From the NCBI GenBank assembly GCA_002104905.1, contig MCFE01000347.1:25609-89608 (forward strand): 64,000 bases of DNA, written 5' to 3'. The notes under the pieces are model-generated. The model saw only the letters and a list, made by a program, of their open reading frames with translations. It was not told the DNA's origin and made no database searches. The first letter of the stretch is position 1; each line of letters begins with the position of its first letter. This document shows, in pieces, positions 25,363-36,314 of the stretch. Source of the stretch: Basidiobolus meristosporus CBS 931.73. Lineage: Eukaryota > Fungi > Basidiobolomycota. The position numbers and the translations under genes are program-made.

Positions 25363-26244
25363 TTTTCAGGATGGTGTCTCTTTGAAGCATAAATTGAAGT
25401 TATATGATCCTGGGCCTCTTTGGGGTCCTCATAGTCAAAGTTCAGAACTTCAGCTGGATATAATTTCTCTTGGAATGGTTGGCAGAGTCACACCACAAGC
25501 ATGTATATTTGACTTCTTTTTCTCCTGGCTTCTGCCCATATGCTTTGCTGGTGAGTAGCAAAGAGAGTTTCTCTAGTTGCTGTGTCAGCTCCTGAATTTG
25601 AGAGCTTTGATTACTGGGATTAAGTAAGTCTTGGCTATCTTGGTTTTATGCTGAGCTTGAAAGAAGCTTTCTGATTGGTGAGGTTTCTTCAGGGGCAAGT
25701 AGAATCTGCTTAGCTAACTGAAATGCAGGCAGTGAACTCATAACTTTCACAGTAGGATTGTTTTCAATCCTTCTCACCAGGTCTTCTGGAAGTGCTCTGA
25801 GAAGATAGGCAGTTAAAGTGAGATCAGTGATAACTCCTTGGACTTTCAGTGACTCTCAATTTGCTCAAGGCCACTCAAGTATTCTTTCAGTGGTAGCAGC
25901 TTAAACTTGCTATAAGCAAAGTTCTCCAAATCATTAAGTGTGTAGTCAACTTGTCTCTCTCCATATTCATCAATCAAGTAGTTCTTCAAGAGTGTCCAAT
26001 TTGTTAGCAGATCATTTCTTTCATATAATGAGCGCATGATCTCATCAGCACTGTAAGGGGGCATCTCTTCAGCCATAATGGCCTCAGGTATTTTGTGGGC
26101 TCTGTAGAAAAGCTTTCACCACTTGATGAAAGCTTTAACTTTAGTTCCATCAAAGAAAGGGGTTCCTTGCATTCCTGGTAAAGGTAGATCAATGGTCTTG
26201 TAATTTGTTCTTTCTTAAGTCTTCTAGGGGCAGTTCAGTCAAAC

Positions 26245-26262
26245 CCCCCACGTTGGGTGCCA
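26245..26262 (-). promoter_or_regulatory. Primer-binding site complementary to the tRNA-Lys 3' end
   Basis: TGGCACCCAACGTGGGG starts 4 nt after the 5' LTR. It differs from the tRNA-Lys(CUU) PBS TGGCGCCCAACGTGGGG by one CpG-type G>A change. Confidence 0.85.
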
Positions 26263-29155
26263 AATATGTGGTGGTGTAGAGGTACTCCTGGGAGAAGCTA
26301 CACAACTCAAGGTGTGTGAGGTGTCTGATGGGTGCAATAACCACTGTGTCTAAACTGCTGTTGTCTTGGTCAATATGTCACTATGGCAAAAGCTCCTGCT
26401 TCTCTAGCTTCCTAGGTGCTCCAAGTGTCTCCAAAGGCCTCTGTGTGTCTTGTGCACTACCCTGAAAAGCTCCTTGATGGCAGGTCTGAGATGTACTGTT
26501 GAAGGCAGGTGCAGTGATCAACTGCTAATCAATAAGGGAGAAGTGTTACTGATAGAAGGGATGATTTATTGATGAGGGATTGCTTTCCCTTAAATACTTT
26601 TCCTGATTGCCAAGTGATTACTAATGACAAGGTTCTAGAAGATTCTAGGTATCAGTGGAATTCTTGATGACATTGCTGTGAGCTAAAAATATGCCAAGAA
26701 TGTCCTGGAAGGTTCTAAAAGGCACAGCACTTTTAACCAATCAGGAATCAGTAGTCTGAAACCTGTGCAACATAGAAATACCATATATGGTATTGTAATG
26801 GTAGGGATGGTAACACAGACCTAGGTCATGTATCATAGGTGCTGACATGGGTACTTGCCTTGTATAGATATATCTACTGATCACAAAGCTGAATAACATC
26901 TGGGGTAACTAATGCTAATAACTAATCAGGGCAAACATCATATGGGGATAATACTGATAATATGGGCAAAAGAAGAATGGGATAATACTGATAAGATAAA
27001 ATATGGATAAATATATCATAATGACTATATGAGTAAACCTGTCTGTAGGAGGTATGTTTACCCTACCACACCGCTTCTGGATAAATATTCCGACAATGTC
27101 CAATATGAATCCCTATACTTCCAATGTACTTTTGGTAGGAGTGGCTTCAGAACACCACTTGAATAAATACATATCCAGTTCATCCAGTCTTTGCATTTGT
27201 ATTGTTGCGTTTGCATATGAATATTAATTGGAGCCCATGAGAAGTACTTAGGGTAGCAGATACTCTGTAATATCTTGCCAATTCTTTCAAATTTCTCCAG
27301 TATCTTGAAGGGCTCATTTAGCTTGAAATGTCCCATGTACAACTTGGTCATCAGTATAGGGATATTGTTGAAAAGCAAGTGCATTGCTCCTAGTGGAAAG
27401 CTTTTGCTCCAACAGATACTCTCTATCTTAAGTATCTCCGCTTTCCAATTGGTACCATATTCTGGCTGATGGCTTATAGATTGCCAACTTTGCTGCAATT
27501 GCATGCTTACTTCTGTACGTTCTCTCTGTGGAAAGATGATGTTCTTAGTGCTGGTGTTTGGGTAATATTGATATGTGTGAGTTATAGAGTAAATCCCCTG
27601 GAACCCACACATTTGACAGCAATACCATCCATTGTGCCTGGAAAAACCTGCTATCTTGCTGATGGCAGGGGTATCTCCAATGCAGATAATAATAGGCACT
27701 TTAACATGACGGCCATTTACGATTATCCTGCTGGAAAGCACACAAAATTCATCCAGCAATGGATACAGGTAGCTATCCAGGTTGGATGGTGATTTAGGCC
27801 CAGATACCAATGAGACTACCATCAGATTATTGCTCCAATACCGTAAGATGGGAAGCAGATTCAGATTGATGAGAATCAGTGGCCAGCAGGATTTGCTGGC
27901 AGAGTACTTGTTTAATGAGAATCCATCAAGTGCTAAAGCAAAAGCATGGTCACACATACCTTAAAAGTAGCCCTTGCTTCTTAGCTGTTTGTAGTGTTTG
28001 CCATCAAATATATTGCATATGTTTGTGCTTGATTGATAAAGAGTGTGGTACTTTATAGCTTTGCAATATTTGTTAGACTGCTTGAGCTTCCTCAGATGGG
28101 ATATGACCGGAATATATCTGGAGTGTGAACAATGTTTTCCCTCAATTGTGGTGGATTCCTGACCACTTGGGCACATTGCAATGGTAGCATTTTTGGATGT
28201 GAATGCCATGCAACTGTTAATGTCATGATCACATGATAACCATGAACACCCATGCCAAGTTTCAGCTTCCCAGCTCAATTTCTAAGAGATTCCTTCCGGA
28301 ACCTTCTACCACCTTCCAGAAAGTTCCTGACCATTCCAAACCATTGTTACACAATGGAACATTCCATGGAAGCTTTCCATCGTATTTTTTATAGTCCAGT
28401 ACCATATATGGAAATACCAGGTCACATGACTTAGTCACATGATCAGGTGACCCAATACATTTCCCCATCCTGTCTCAGTACCATGTCATCTATGTCATTA
28501 TCCCCAGCACCATTGCTGTGCCTCACCCCACAACCCCATTAGTATTAGCTAACATCTCTCGGCATCAATATAGCCAAAAAGTATATATAGTCCTATCCCC
28601 CCTTAAGTATTCCTCAGTCTGATAAACACAGGTCTTGAATAAACAGCCTTGCCTTGGAAATCCGCCTTGCCTTGTTGATCCACACCTAAGTCCTTTCCTG
28701 GTCCTGCCTTGCCTAGCTCTACTCTCCTGCCTTGTGTCTATTCATAATAGTTTTATCAGACTCTCCTGACTTACCTGTGGATCCCTGCCTTCTGCCCAAA
28801 GTTTGAAGAAAACTTGTAAAAGGAATACTCACCGTAAGTATCACCCATCATCTTTCCCTAGTCTTGTCCTATAAAGGCAAAGATACTTTATCTTTGTAAA
28901 ACTATTGGTCAAAGCTGCATTCACTTTATTACCCTGCTGGTGGAGTTTACAGTTGTTACAGTATTGGAAGCTTTAGTACAATACTCTATCAAAGGACGTT
29001 GAAACCAGTACCTTCTGAAGTGACGCTAACTTATTTAAGTTGGGGATTGTGGCTCAATAGTTGTATTCTTGACATACTAGTGGCTTTACAAACCCACAAC
29101 CTAGTTTAGTATATTCCAGTATTCCTTGCAAGTTCATCCGCCTTCCTCTGCTACC

Positions 29156-30088
29156 ATGTCCAACCTAGAGCTGAACTTTGCCCAGCTCATGGCTGCCTTT
29201 ACTCAACTGCAGCAAGACCATACAGACCTCAGAAACACTCTTGCTCAGTTCCAGAACCAAAGTGTCCAGCAAACTAGCCATGTCCCAGTCTACCAAGAAC
29301 CCAAGTATACTCCTGCTACCAAGTTCAATGGCTCTCAGAATGAATTCCGTGGCTTCATCAACATGGTGAAGAACAATCTTGCACTCCAGCCCAACCGGTA
29401 CCCCACTGACCAGGCCAAAGTTGGGTTCATCTCCAACCTGCTTACTGGTACAGCTCTCAAGTGGTTCTCCCCATTAGTGGAGACCAACTCTCCCCTACTC
29501 AGAGACTACCAAGCCTTTCTCACTGAAATGGAGCTAACATTTGGTAACCTTGACCAAGCCAGAACTGCTGCCAACAAGATCAAGACCCTCAAGCAAGGGA
29601 ACAAGCCAGCATCAGTCTATGCCTCAGAATTCCGACAACTCTCCAGTGACCTCAGCTCCTGGGGTCAAGCAGCCTTGATTAGCCAATTTCAAGATGGCCT
29701 CAATGATGAAGTGTGTGATCTGCTACTCACACTCCCAGATCCGGATACATTGGTTGAAGCTATGCACCAGGCAATCCGGTGTGATAACAGACTATTCCAG
29801 AAGAAGCAAAAGAACCATCAAAGACACATTCCTGTTGCATTCCCAGCTCCTCCTGCTCCCCAAGTCACTCCAGAAGATCCTATGCAGATTGATAGTGCCA
29901 AATACAAGAAACTATCAAAGAGTGAAAAGTCCAGACGTCAACAAGCCAACCTCTGTCTATACTGTGGCCAACCAGGTCACTTTGCCAAGTCCTGCCCCAA
30001 CAAGAAGTCCAGCTTCAAGCTGATGCAGTCCTCCAGCAACCAACCTGATCCAGATCTGTCGGGAAACTCCAATGTCCAGTTGCACTGA
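29156..30088 (+). CDS. Chromovirus Gag (PEG10/Ty3-like capsid plus CCHC knuckle)
   Basis: [47 protein letters not shown] and [14 protein letters not shown]. Confidence 0.92.
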   Translation: MSNLELNFAQLMAAFTQLQQDHTDLRNTLAQFQNQSVQQTSHVPVYQEPKYTPATKFNGSQNEFRGFINMVKNNLALQPNRYPTDQAKVGFISNLLTGTALKWFSPLVETNSPLLRDYQAFLTEMELTFGNLDQARTAANKIKTLKQGNKPASVYASEFRQLSSDLSSWGQAALISQFQDGLNDEVCDLLLTLPDPDTLVEAMHQAIRCDNRLFQKKQKNHQRHIPVAFPAPPAPQVTPEDPMQIDSAKYKKLSKSEKSRRQQANLCLYCGQPGHFAKSCPNKKSSFKLMQSSSNQPDPDLSGNSNVQLH

Positions 30089-30105
30089 CAGGCTTGCAAC
30101 TGGAC
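30061..30105 (+). promoter_or_regulatory. -1 programmed ribosomal frameshift signal
   Basis: G GGA AAC heptamer in the gag frame (30061-30067), a 6-nt spacer and a perfect 11-bp stem GTCCAGTTGCA / TGCAACTGGAC. The -1 frame is open into pol. Confidence 0.88.
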
Positions 30106-33100
30106 CCACCCATGAAAATCCAGCATATCCAAGAATCTTCCTTCGCCACAAAATCTATACAGTCCTTGAGAATGCCTGTCAAAATCCAGATCCCTGACTC
30201 CAGTCCTGTCCCAGCCCTAGCCCTGATTGATTCCGGTGCTTCATCCTGTTTCATTGACCAAGCCTTTGTCCAGAAGCACTCTATTCCTGTTACCTTGAAA
30301 TCCTGTCCAGTCCAAGTAGAAGTTATTGATGGAAGATCACTCTCCTCTGGTGCCGTTACCCATGAAACATGCTTACTCCAGCTGTCCAGTACTGCCCACC
30401 AAGAAAGAATTGCCTTCAACATCATCAACTCACCCTACTACCCTATTGTGCTTGGAAGCTCATGGTTGAGCTACCACAATCCAAGTATTGATTGGAAATC
30501 CAAGATCCTGTCATTCACCAGATCCCACCAAGTCAACTCCATGAAATCTCCAGACCCTGATAACCGTGAAAAGACGGTTGCCAACAGTTCAACAGCCCAA
30601 GATACCTTGCCAGCTGAAGGAGCCCCCTCAGCAACTATACCAGCCAAGTACCAAGAGTTTGCCCATGTCTTTGACAAGAAGAAAGCAGAACTCCTCCCTG
30701 ACCATTGGCCTTATGACTGCCCTATTGACCTTGAAGATGGAAAAGTCCCTCCATTTGGCCCAATATATAACCTCTCCCAGCCGGAGTTGAAAGAACTCCA
30801 TGGTTATATTCAAGAAAACCTCCAGAAGGGTTTTATTCAGCACTCCAAATCACCTGCTGGAGCCCCAATCCTCTTTGTCAAGAAGAAGGATGGCACCCTC
30901 AGAATGTGTGTGGACTACCGTGCTTTGAATAAGATCACAGTCAAGAACCGCTACCCCCTGCCCCTGATCAATACACTGTTGGATCAGCTATCTGCTGCCC
31001 AAGTCTTCACCAAGATAGACTTGAGAGGAGCTTACAATCTTGTCAGAATCAAGCCTGGTGATGAATGGAAAACTGCCTTTCGCACAAGATATGGCCACTT
31101 TGAATACAAAGTAATGCCATTTGGCCTCACCAATGCCCCTGCTGTGTTTCAACACCTCATGAATGACATATTCCGTGAATACCTTGACCATTTTGTGGTA
31201 ATCTACCTTGATGATATTCTCATATACTCCAAGAGCCAAGATGAACATGATGAACATGTCAAGAAAGTATTGAGAAAACTAGACTCTGCCGGTCTCTATG
31301 CCAAGCTAGAGAAGTGTGAATTTGACCAGAGAGAAGTGGAATTTCTTGGTTATCTCATCAGCCCTGAGGGAACAAGAATGGACCCAAAGAAAGTTGACTC
31401 AGTCCAATCCTGGAAAACTCCAAGCTCAGTCAAGGAAGTACAATCCTTCCTGGGATTTGCCAACTTCTATTGCAGGTTCATAGCCAACTACTCCAAGATA
31501 GTCACCCCTCTGACAAAGCTTACCCAGAAGAACACACCTTTTGCCTGGAATGAGGAGCAATCCAGCTCATTCAACCAACTCAAGAAATCTTTCCTGAAGG
31601 CCCCCCTGCTTGCCCACCCTGACCTTGAGAAGCAATTCATAGTGGAGACTGATGCTTCTGATTTTGCCCTTGGTGCCATACTCTCCCAGTATGATGAGGA
31701 CAATGTGTTGCACCCCATTGCATTCTACTCTCGGAAGTTTTCCCCTGCAGAGATCAACTATGATATCTATGATAAGGAGTTGCTTGCCATCATTGTAGCC
31801 TTTGAGCAATGGAGACACTACCTGGACGGTGCAAAACACAAAATCAAAGTCTTCTGTGACCATAAGAACCTTGAGTACTTTACAACTTCCAAAGTACTAA
31901 ACCGGAGACAAGCCAGATGGTCACTCTTCCTGTCCAGCTTTGACTTTACTATCACCTATAGACCTGGTGCAAAGCAAGGAAAGCCTGATGCCCTGTCCAG
32001 AAAAAAGGAATATGCCCTGGAAGAGGGAGATGATGCCTGTCGGCAAATGGAACACCTATTGCTGAGCAAGAAACATTTTGAGATTCTTGCCACCCAGTCC
32101 TCAAGTCTTGTCATCCCTTCATTCCTAGTAAGGATATCAGAATCCCAAGCCTCTGATATGACTTCCAGCACCATCAAGAAATATCTGGAATCCCCAGTTG
32201 GGCCCCCTCCCAAGTTCCCAAACATCCAGAACCTGCATTTGGTAAACAACCTCATCTACCACAAGCAGCAGCTTTATGTCCCAGACCTTGCCACCCAGCT
32301 AGACATCATTAAGTCTCGGCATGATTCAATGGCTGCAGGCCACTTTGGTACTGCCAAAACCTTGAATGCTATCAAAAGAGATTTCTGGTGGCCTAGAATG
32401 ATAACTCTTATCAAAGAGTACATTCTGACTTGTGATATCTGCAACCGTGCAAAACCAGCCAGACACCAGCCCTATGGACTTCTTCAACCCCTGCCTATCC
32501 CAGAACACCAATGGAGATCTATATCTATGGACTTCATTACTGACCTCCCTGAGTCATGTGGCTTCAATGCTATACTTGTAGTGGCTGACCGGCTGACCAA
32601 GATGGCTCACTTCATCCCTTGCTGTAAGAACACTGATGCAAAAGAAACTGCTGCTTTAGTCCTGAAGAATATTTTCCGCCTTCATGGTATCCCCAGTGAT
32701 ATTGTGTCAGATAGAGGCCCACAGTTTGTGTCCAAGTTTTGGAAACACTTCATGCAATACCTTGGTGTTCAAGTCAAGCTCTCTACTGCCTTCCATCCAC
32801 AGTCTGATGGCCAGACTGAAAGAATCAACCAGATTCTGGAGCAATACCTCCGGTGCTATATCAATTACCAGCAAGACAATTGGGTTGACCTACTCCCTGT
32901 TGCTGAGTTTGCCTACAACAACTCAAGTCATAGTGCAACCGGTTTTACACCATTCTATGCAAACTATGGATTCCACCCTCAGTTTGATATCCAGATTCCA
33001 ACAAACCCAATGAGCCCACATGCGGCTGAACATGCCCAAGCAATCCAGGACATCCAGAGCACTCTCAAGGAAGAGCTATCCTTAGCTCAGGAAAGCTACA

Positions 33101-33609
33101 AGAAATTTGCCAATCTAAAACGGCATCCCAGCCCTGATCTTAATGAAGGAGATTCTGTATGGTTGCTCAGAAGAAACATCAGCACCAACCGCCCTTGTGA
33201 CAAGTTGGATTTCAAGAAACTTGGTCCCTTCAAGATCAAGAAGAAGCTTAGCCCTATAGTATATCAGCTACAGTTACCAGCAAGTATGAAAATCCATGAT
33301 ACTTTCCATGTGTCCCTCCTGGAGCCATATTATAGGAACACATTGCCAAACCGGCAAGAAGCAAAGCCCCAAGCTATCCAGGTTGACCAACATCAAGAAT
33401 TTGAAGTTAAACAGATTCTAGACTCCAAGTATATCCGGTCAAAGCTGTACTACTTAGTAGACTGGATTGGTTATGGCCCAAGTGACCAAACATGGGAACC
33501 AGCTACACATCTTGCTAATTGTCACGAACTAGTTACCCAGTTCCACCAACAATATCCTGCAAAACCTGCCCCAAAGGGAAACAGAGCTCCGCCTGGAAGA
33601 GGAGAATAG
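30094..33609 (+). CDS. Chromovirus Pol: protease, RT, RNase H, integrase and chromodomain
   Basis: LIDSGA, YLDDILI, ETDASD, H-H-C-C zinc finger, SMDF/SDRG/TE DDE triad, GPFKI, and a C-terminal chromodomain EFEVKQILD...[17 protein letters not shown]. Confidence 0.96.
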   Translation: MQLDPPMKIQHIQESSFATKSIQSLRMPVKIQIPDSSPVPALALIDSGASSCFIDQAFVQKHSIPVTLKSCPVQVEVIDGRSLSSGAVTHETCLLQLSSTAHQERIAFNIINSPYYPIVLGSSWLSYHNPSIDWKSKILSFTRSHQVNSMKSPDPDNREKTVANSSTAQDTLPAEGAPSATIPAKYQEFAHVFDKKKAELLPDHWPYDCPIDLEDGKVPPFGPIYNLSQPELKELHGYIQENLQKGFIQHSKSPAGAPILFVKKKDGTLRMCVDYRALNKITVKNRYPLPLINTLLDQLSAAQVFTKIDLRGAYNLVRIKPGDEWKTAFRTRYGHFEYKVMPFGLTNAPAVFQHLMNDIFREYLDHFVVIYLDDILIYSKSQDEHDEHVKKVLRKLDSAGLYAKLEKCEFDQREVEFLGYLISPEGTRMDPKKVDSVQSWKTPSSVKEVQSFLGFANFYCRFIANYSKIVTPLTKLTQKNTPFAWNEEQSSSFNQLKKSFLKAPLLAHPDLEKQFIVETDASDFALGAILSQYDEDNVLHPIAFYSRKFSPAEINYDIYDKELLAIIVAFEQWRHYLDGAKHKIKVFCDHKNLEYFTTSKVLNRRQARWSLFLSSFDFTITYRPGAKQGKPDALSRKKEYALEEGDDACRQMEHLLLSKKHFEILATQSSSLVIPSFLVRISESQASDMTSSTIKKYLESPVGPPPKFPNIQNLHLVNNLIYHKQQLYVPDLATQLDIIKSRHDSMAAGHFGTAKTLNAIKRDFWWPRMITLIKEYILTCDICNRAKPARHQPYGLLQPLPIPEHQWRSISMDFITDLPESCGFNAILVVADRLTKMAHFIPCCKNTDAKETAALVLKNIFRLHGIPSDIVSDRGPQFVSKFWKHFMQYLGVQVKLSTAFHPQSDGQTERINQILEQYLRCYINYQQDNWVDLLPVAEFAYNNSSHSATGFTPFYANYGFHPQFDIQIPTNPMSPHAAEHAQAIQDIQSTLKEELSLAQESYKKFANLKRHPSPDLNEGDSVWLLRRNISTNRPCDKLDFKKLGPFKIKKKLSPIVYQLQLPASMKIHDTFHVSLLEPYYRNTLPNRQEAKPQAIQVDQHQEFEVKQILDSKYIRSKLYYLVDWIGYGPSDQTWEPATHLANCHELVTQFHQQYPAKPAPKGNRAPPGRGE

Positions 33610-34571
33610 TGTCATGATCACATGACAACCATGAACACCCATGCCAAGTTTCAGCTTCCCAGCTCAATTTCTAAGAGATTCCTTCCGGAACCTTCTACCA
33701 CCTTCCAGAAAGTTCCTGACCATTCCAAACCATTGTTACACAATGGAACATTCCATGGAAGCTTTCCATCGTATTTTTTAGTCACATGATCAGGTGACCC
33801 AATACATTTCCCCATCCTGTCTCAGTACCATGTCATCTATGTCATTATCCCCAGCACCATTGCTGTGCCTCACCCCACAACCCCATTAGTATTAGCTAAC
33901 ATCTCTCGGCATCAATATAGCCAAAAAGTATATATAGTCCTATCCCCCCTTAAGTATTCCTCAGTCTGATAAACACAGGTCTTGAATAAACAGCCTTGCC
34001 TTGGAAATCCGCCTTGCCTTGTTGATCCACACCTAAGTCCTTTCCTGGTCCTGCCTTGCCTAGCTCTACTCTCCTGCCTTGTGTCTATTCATAACAGTTA
34101 ACACATGCTGGAGTCAGGACAGTATCTGGATCATTTGTTGCTAGCCACATGACAGTTGTACACTTGTACCATGTACATGGTAAGTTGCATCCTGGTATGA
34201 TTTTGGCAAGAAGTAGTAATAAATCCCCAAAGCCCCCATTACTGATATAAGTGGAAATGCGCCACTTCTCTAGCCACAACATTACATCATTCACCAGTAG
34301 ATGGATTACTGGGCTCACTTGGCTCCACAAAGTATCCTTTGCATTTGCTTCAATGGGTGTTATCTCATTGCATATAGGGAGTTGACTGGGCTCATACGTG
34401 GTACTGTTGTTAGGGGAGATAGGGTCAAAGTCCATCAGTGAACCTTCTTTGTCAGAGCCATCACTCTGCATGCCATATTCAAAAGGCTGAGGTGAGCCTA
34501 AAGGCATCACAAACTCACCAGACTTAGTTTGTGCAAGGTGACAAAGATGGGCAGGTGCCAATATAGAAGTA

Positions 34572-35889
34572 CCTGCTGTTGTGCCTCAAAGACTGTTTGG
34601 TGTTCCTCTGCTGTTACATTGGGAAATGGCTCAATTCTTGGCTGTGACATTGAGCTACTTGAGTTCCTTCTTTGCAGCAAAGATACTGCTTTCTCTACCT
34701 GGGATATTGATTGCTCTACACGTATTATCCACTCATCCTGTTTCAAGATTACTTCCTGATTTCTCTGGGCCATTGCATCTATCCTATCTGCCACTGTACC
34801 TAATTGCTTCATTAATGCTTTGGTACAGGCTGACAACATACTTGCTAATATGGGTGGTGGTAATGTTATCATGTCCACTTGCTGATCTTCAACTGAAGGT
34901 ACTGCGTTGGCCACATTCACATCTGCCTGAGCATAACAGTCAGCTTGTGGCTCTGCAGAGGTTCTCAATTGCCTACTTGACTGAGAGCCTGAGGAGTCTG
35001 CACTATTATCTTCAATGGGCACATTGTCCACAGGGCTTTTTTTGGATGTAGCCCCGCTTGTTGCACAGAATATCAAAGCAAACTGTTGTCCAACTGTTCT
35101 TCTATTGCCATCAGTGGTGGGGTTTGGTTGAGAACCAGACAACTTTGCTTTACTTTTTGGCGGCATATATATGGAAGTGAGTCAAACCTAAGAGGAAATA
35201 GTGTTACAAATACGTGTGTATGTGGTGCCACAACTTTATTTATAATGCTTACCATGGCAAGTCATCATTAAATCTTAAATTCATGTAGGTGCAATGTCTC
35301 AAATACAAGACTGCCTTAAGTTCACATGAGTATTGACCAAAAGGTGATATAATAGCATTATGTTGCTGAAGGTCAAGCTATTTGCCCCATGAATAAGACT
35401 AATTTGACTCAACATCCCAAGAGAAGAGAAAAACAACCATGTGGCTATTGAGGCAAGCCTCTCAGTCATGAAGCATGCAGACAGCATATGAAGTATTACA
35501 AGGATCACAGCCAGTGTTTTGCCACACAAGTCATAGTTGACCATTCATTGGTCACTACTATACCAGCATTATCTTGTTGGCCAGTTGATACTTCTATATT
35601 GGCACCTGGCTGTCTTTGTCACCTTGCACAAACTGAGTTAGGTGAGTTTGTGGTGCCTTTAGGCTCACCTCAGCCTTCTGAATATGGCATGCAGAGTGAT
35701 AGCTCTGACAAAGAAGGTTCACTGATGGACTTTGACCCTATCTCCCCTAACAGCAGTACCATGTATGGGCCCGGTCAAATCCCTATATGCAATGAGATAA
35801 CACCCATTGAAACAAATGCAAAGGATACTTTATGGAGCCAAGTGAGCCCAGTAATCCATCTACTGGTGAATGATTTAATGTTGTGGCTT
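34572..35889 (+). repeat. Inverted duplication of the CMC central region (ORF-X 5' part, promoter, transposase 5' part)
   Basis: 34572-35591 is the reverse complement of 35890-36908. The insert is flanked by GTA on both sides (34569-34571 and 35890-35892). Confidence 0.88.
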
Positions 35890-36314
35890 GTATCAACTGG
35901 CCAGCAAGTTAATGCTGGTACAGTGTTGACCAATGAATGGTCAAATATGACTTGTGTGGCAAAACACTGGCTGTGATCTTTGTAATACTTCATATGCTGT
36001 CTGCATGCTTCATGGCTGAGAGGCTTGCCACAATAGCCACATGGTTGTTTTTCTCTTCTCTTAGGGTGTTGAGTCAAAGTAGTCTTATCCATGGGGCAAA
36101 CAGTTTGACCTTCAGCAACAAAATGCTATTATATCACTTTTTGGTCAATACTAATGTGAACTTAAGGCAGTCTTGTATTTGAGACATTGCACCTATATGA
36201 ATGTAAGATTCAATGATGACCCACCATGGTAAGCATTATAAATAAAGCTGTGCCACCACATACACACGTATATGTAACACTATTTCCTCTTAGGTTTGAC
36301 TCACTTCCATATAT

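Larger units (their letters stand above)
23645..27070 (-). mobile_element. Non-autonomous Ty3/gypsy-type LTR element, family A (Gag plus protease only), 3426 bp
   Basis: LTRs at 23645-24447 and 26267-27070, a perfect CCGC TSD, PBS TGGCACCCAACGTGGGG and a G-rich PPT (AGTGGGGGGTGGA) abutting the 3' LTR. The ~1.8 kb internal region has no RT, RNase H or integrase. Confidence 0.92.
28221..34096 (+). mobile_element. Ty3/gypsy chromovirus (Tf1/sushi-like), ORF-intact
   Basis: LTRs at 28221-28749 and 33610-34096 (TGTCATGA...TCATAACA; the LTRs differ by a ~43-bp indel), 5-bp TSD GTTAA, PPT GGAAGAGGAGAATAG, and gag plus pol ORFs. Confidence 0.96.
22891..36092 (-). pseudogene. tnp2/DUF4218 transposase of CMC copy B, split by three insertions
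   Basis: Segments 36092-35890, 34571-34097, 28220-27071 (FALALDGF, LINLNL, IGDTPAISKIAG) and 23644-22891 (HLAWCVENVGP...FPMERMCG). Confidence 0.85.
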
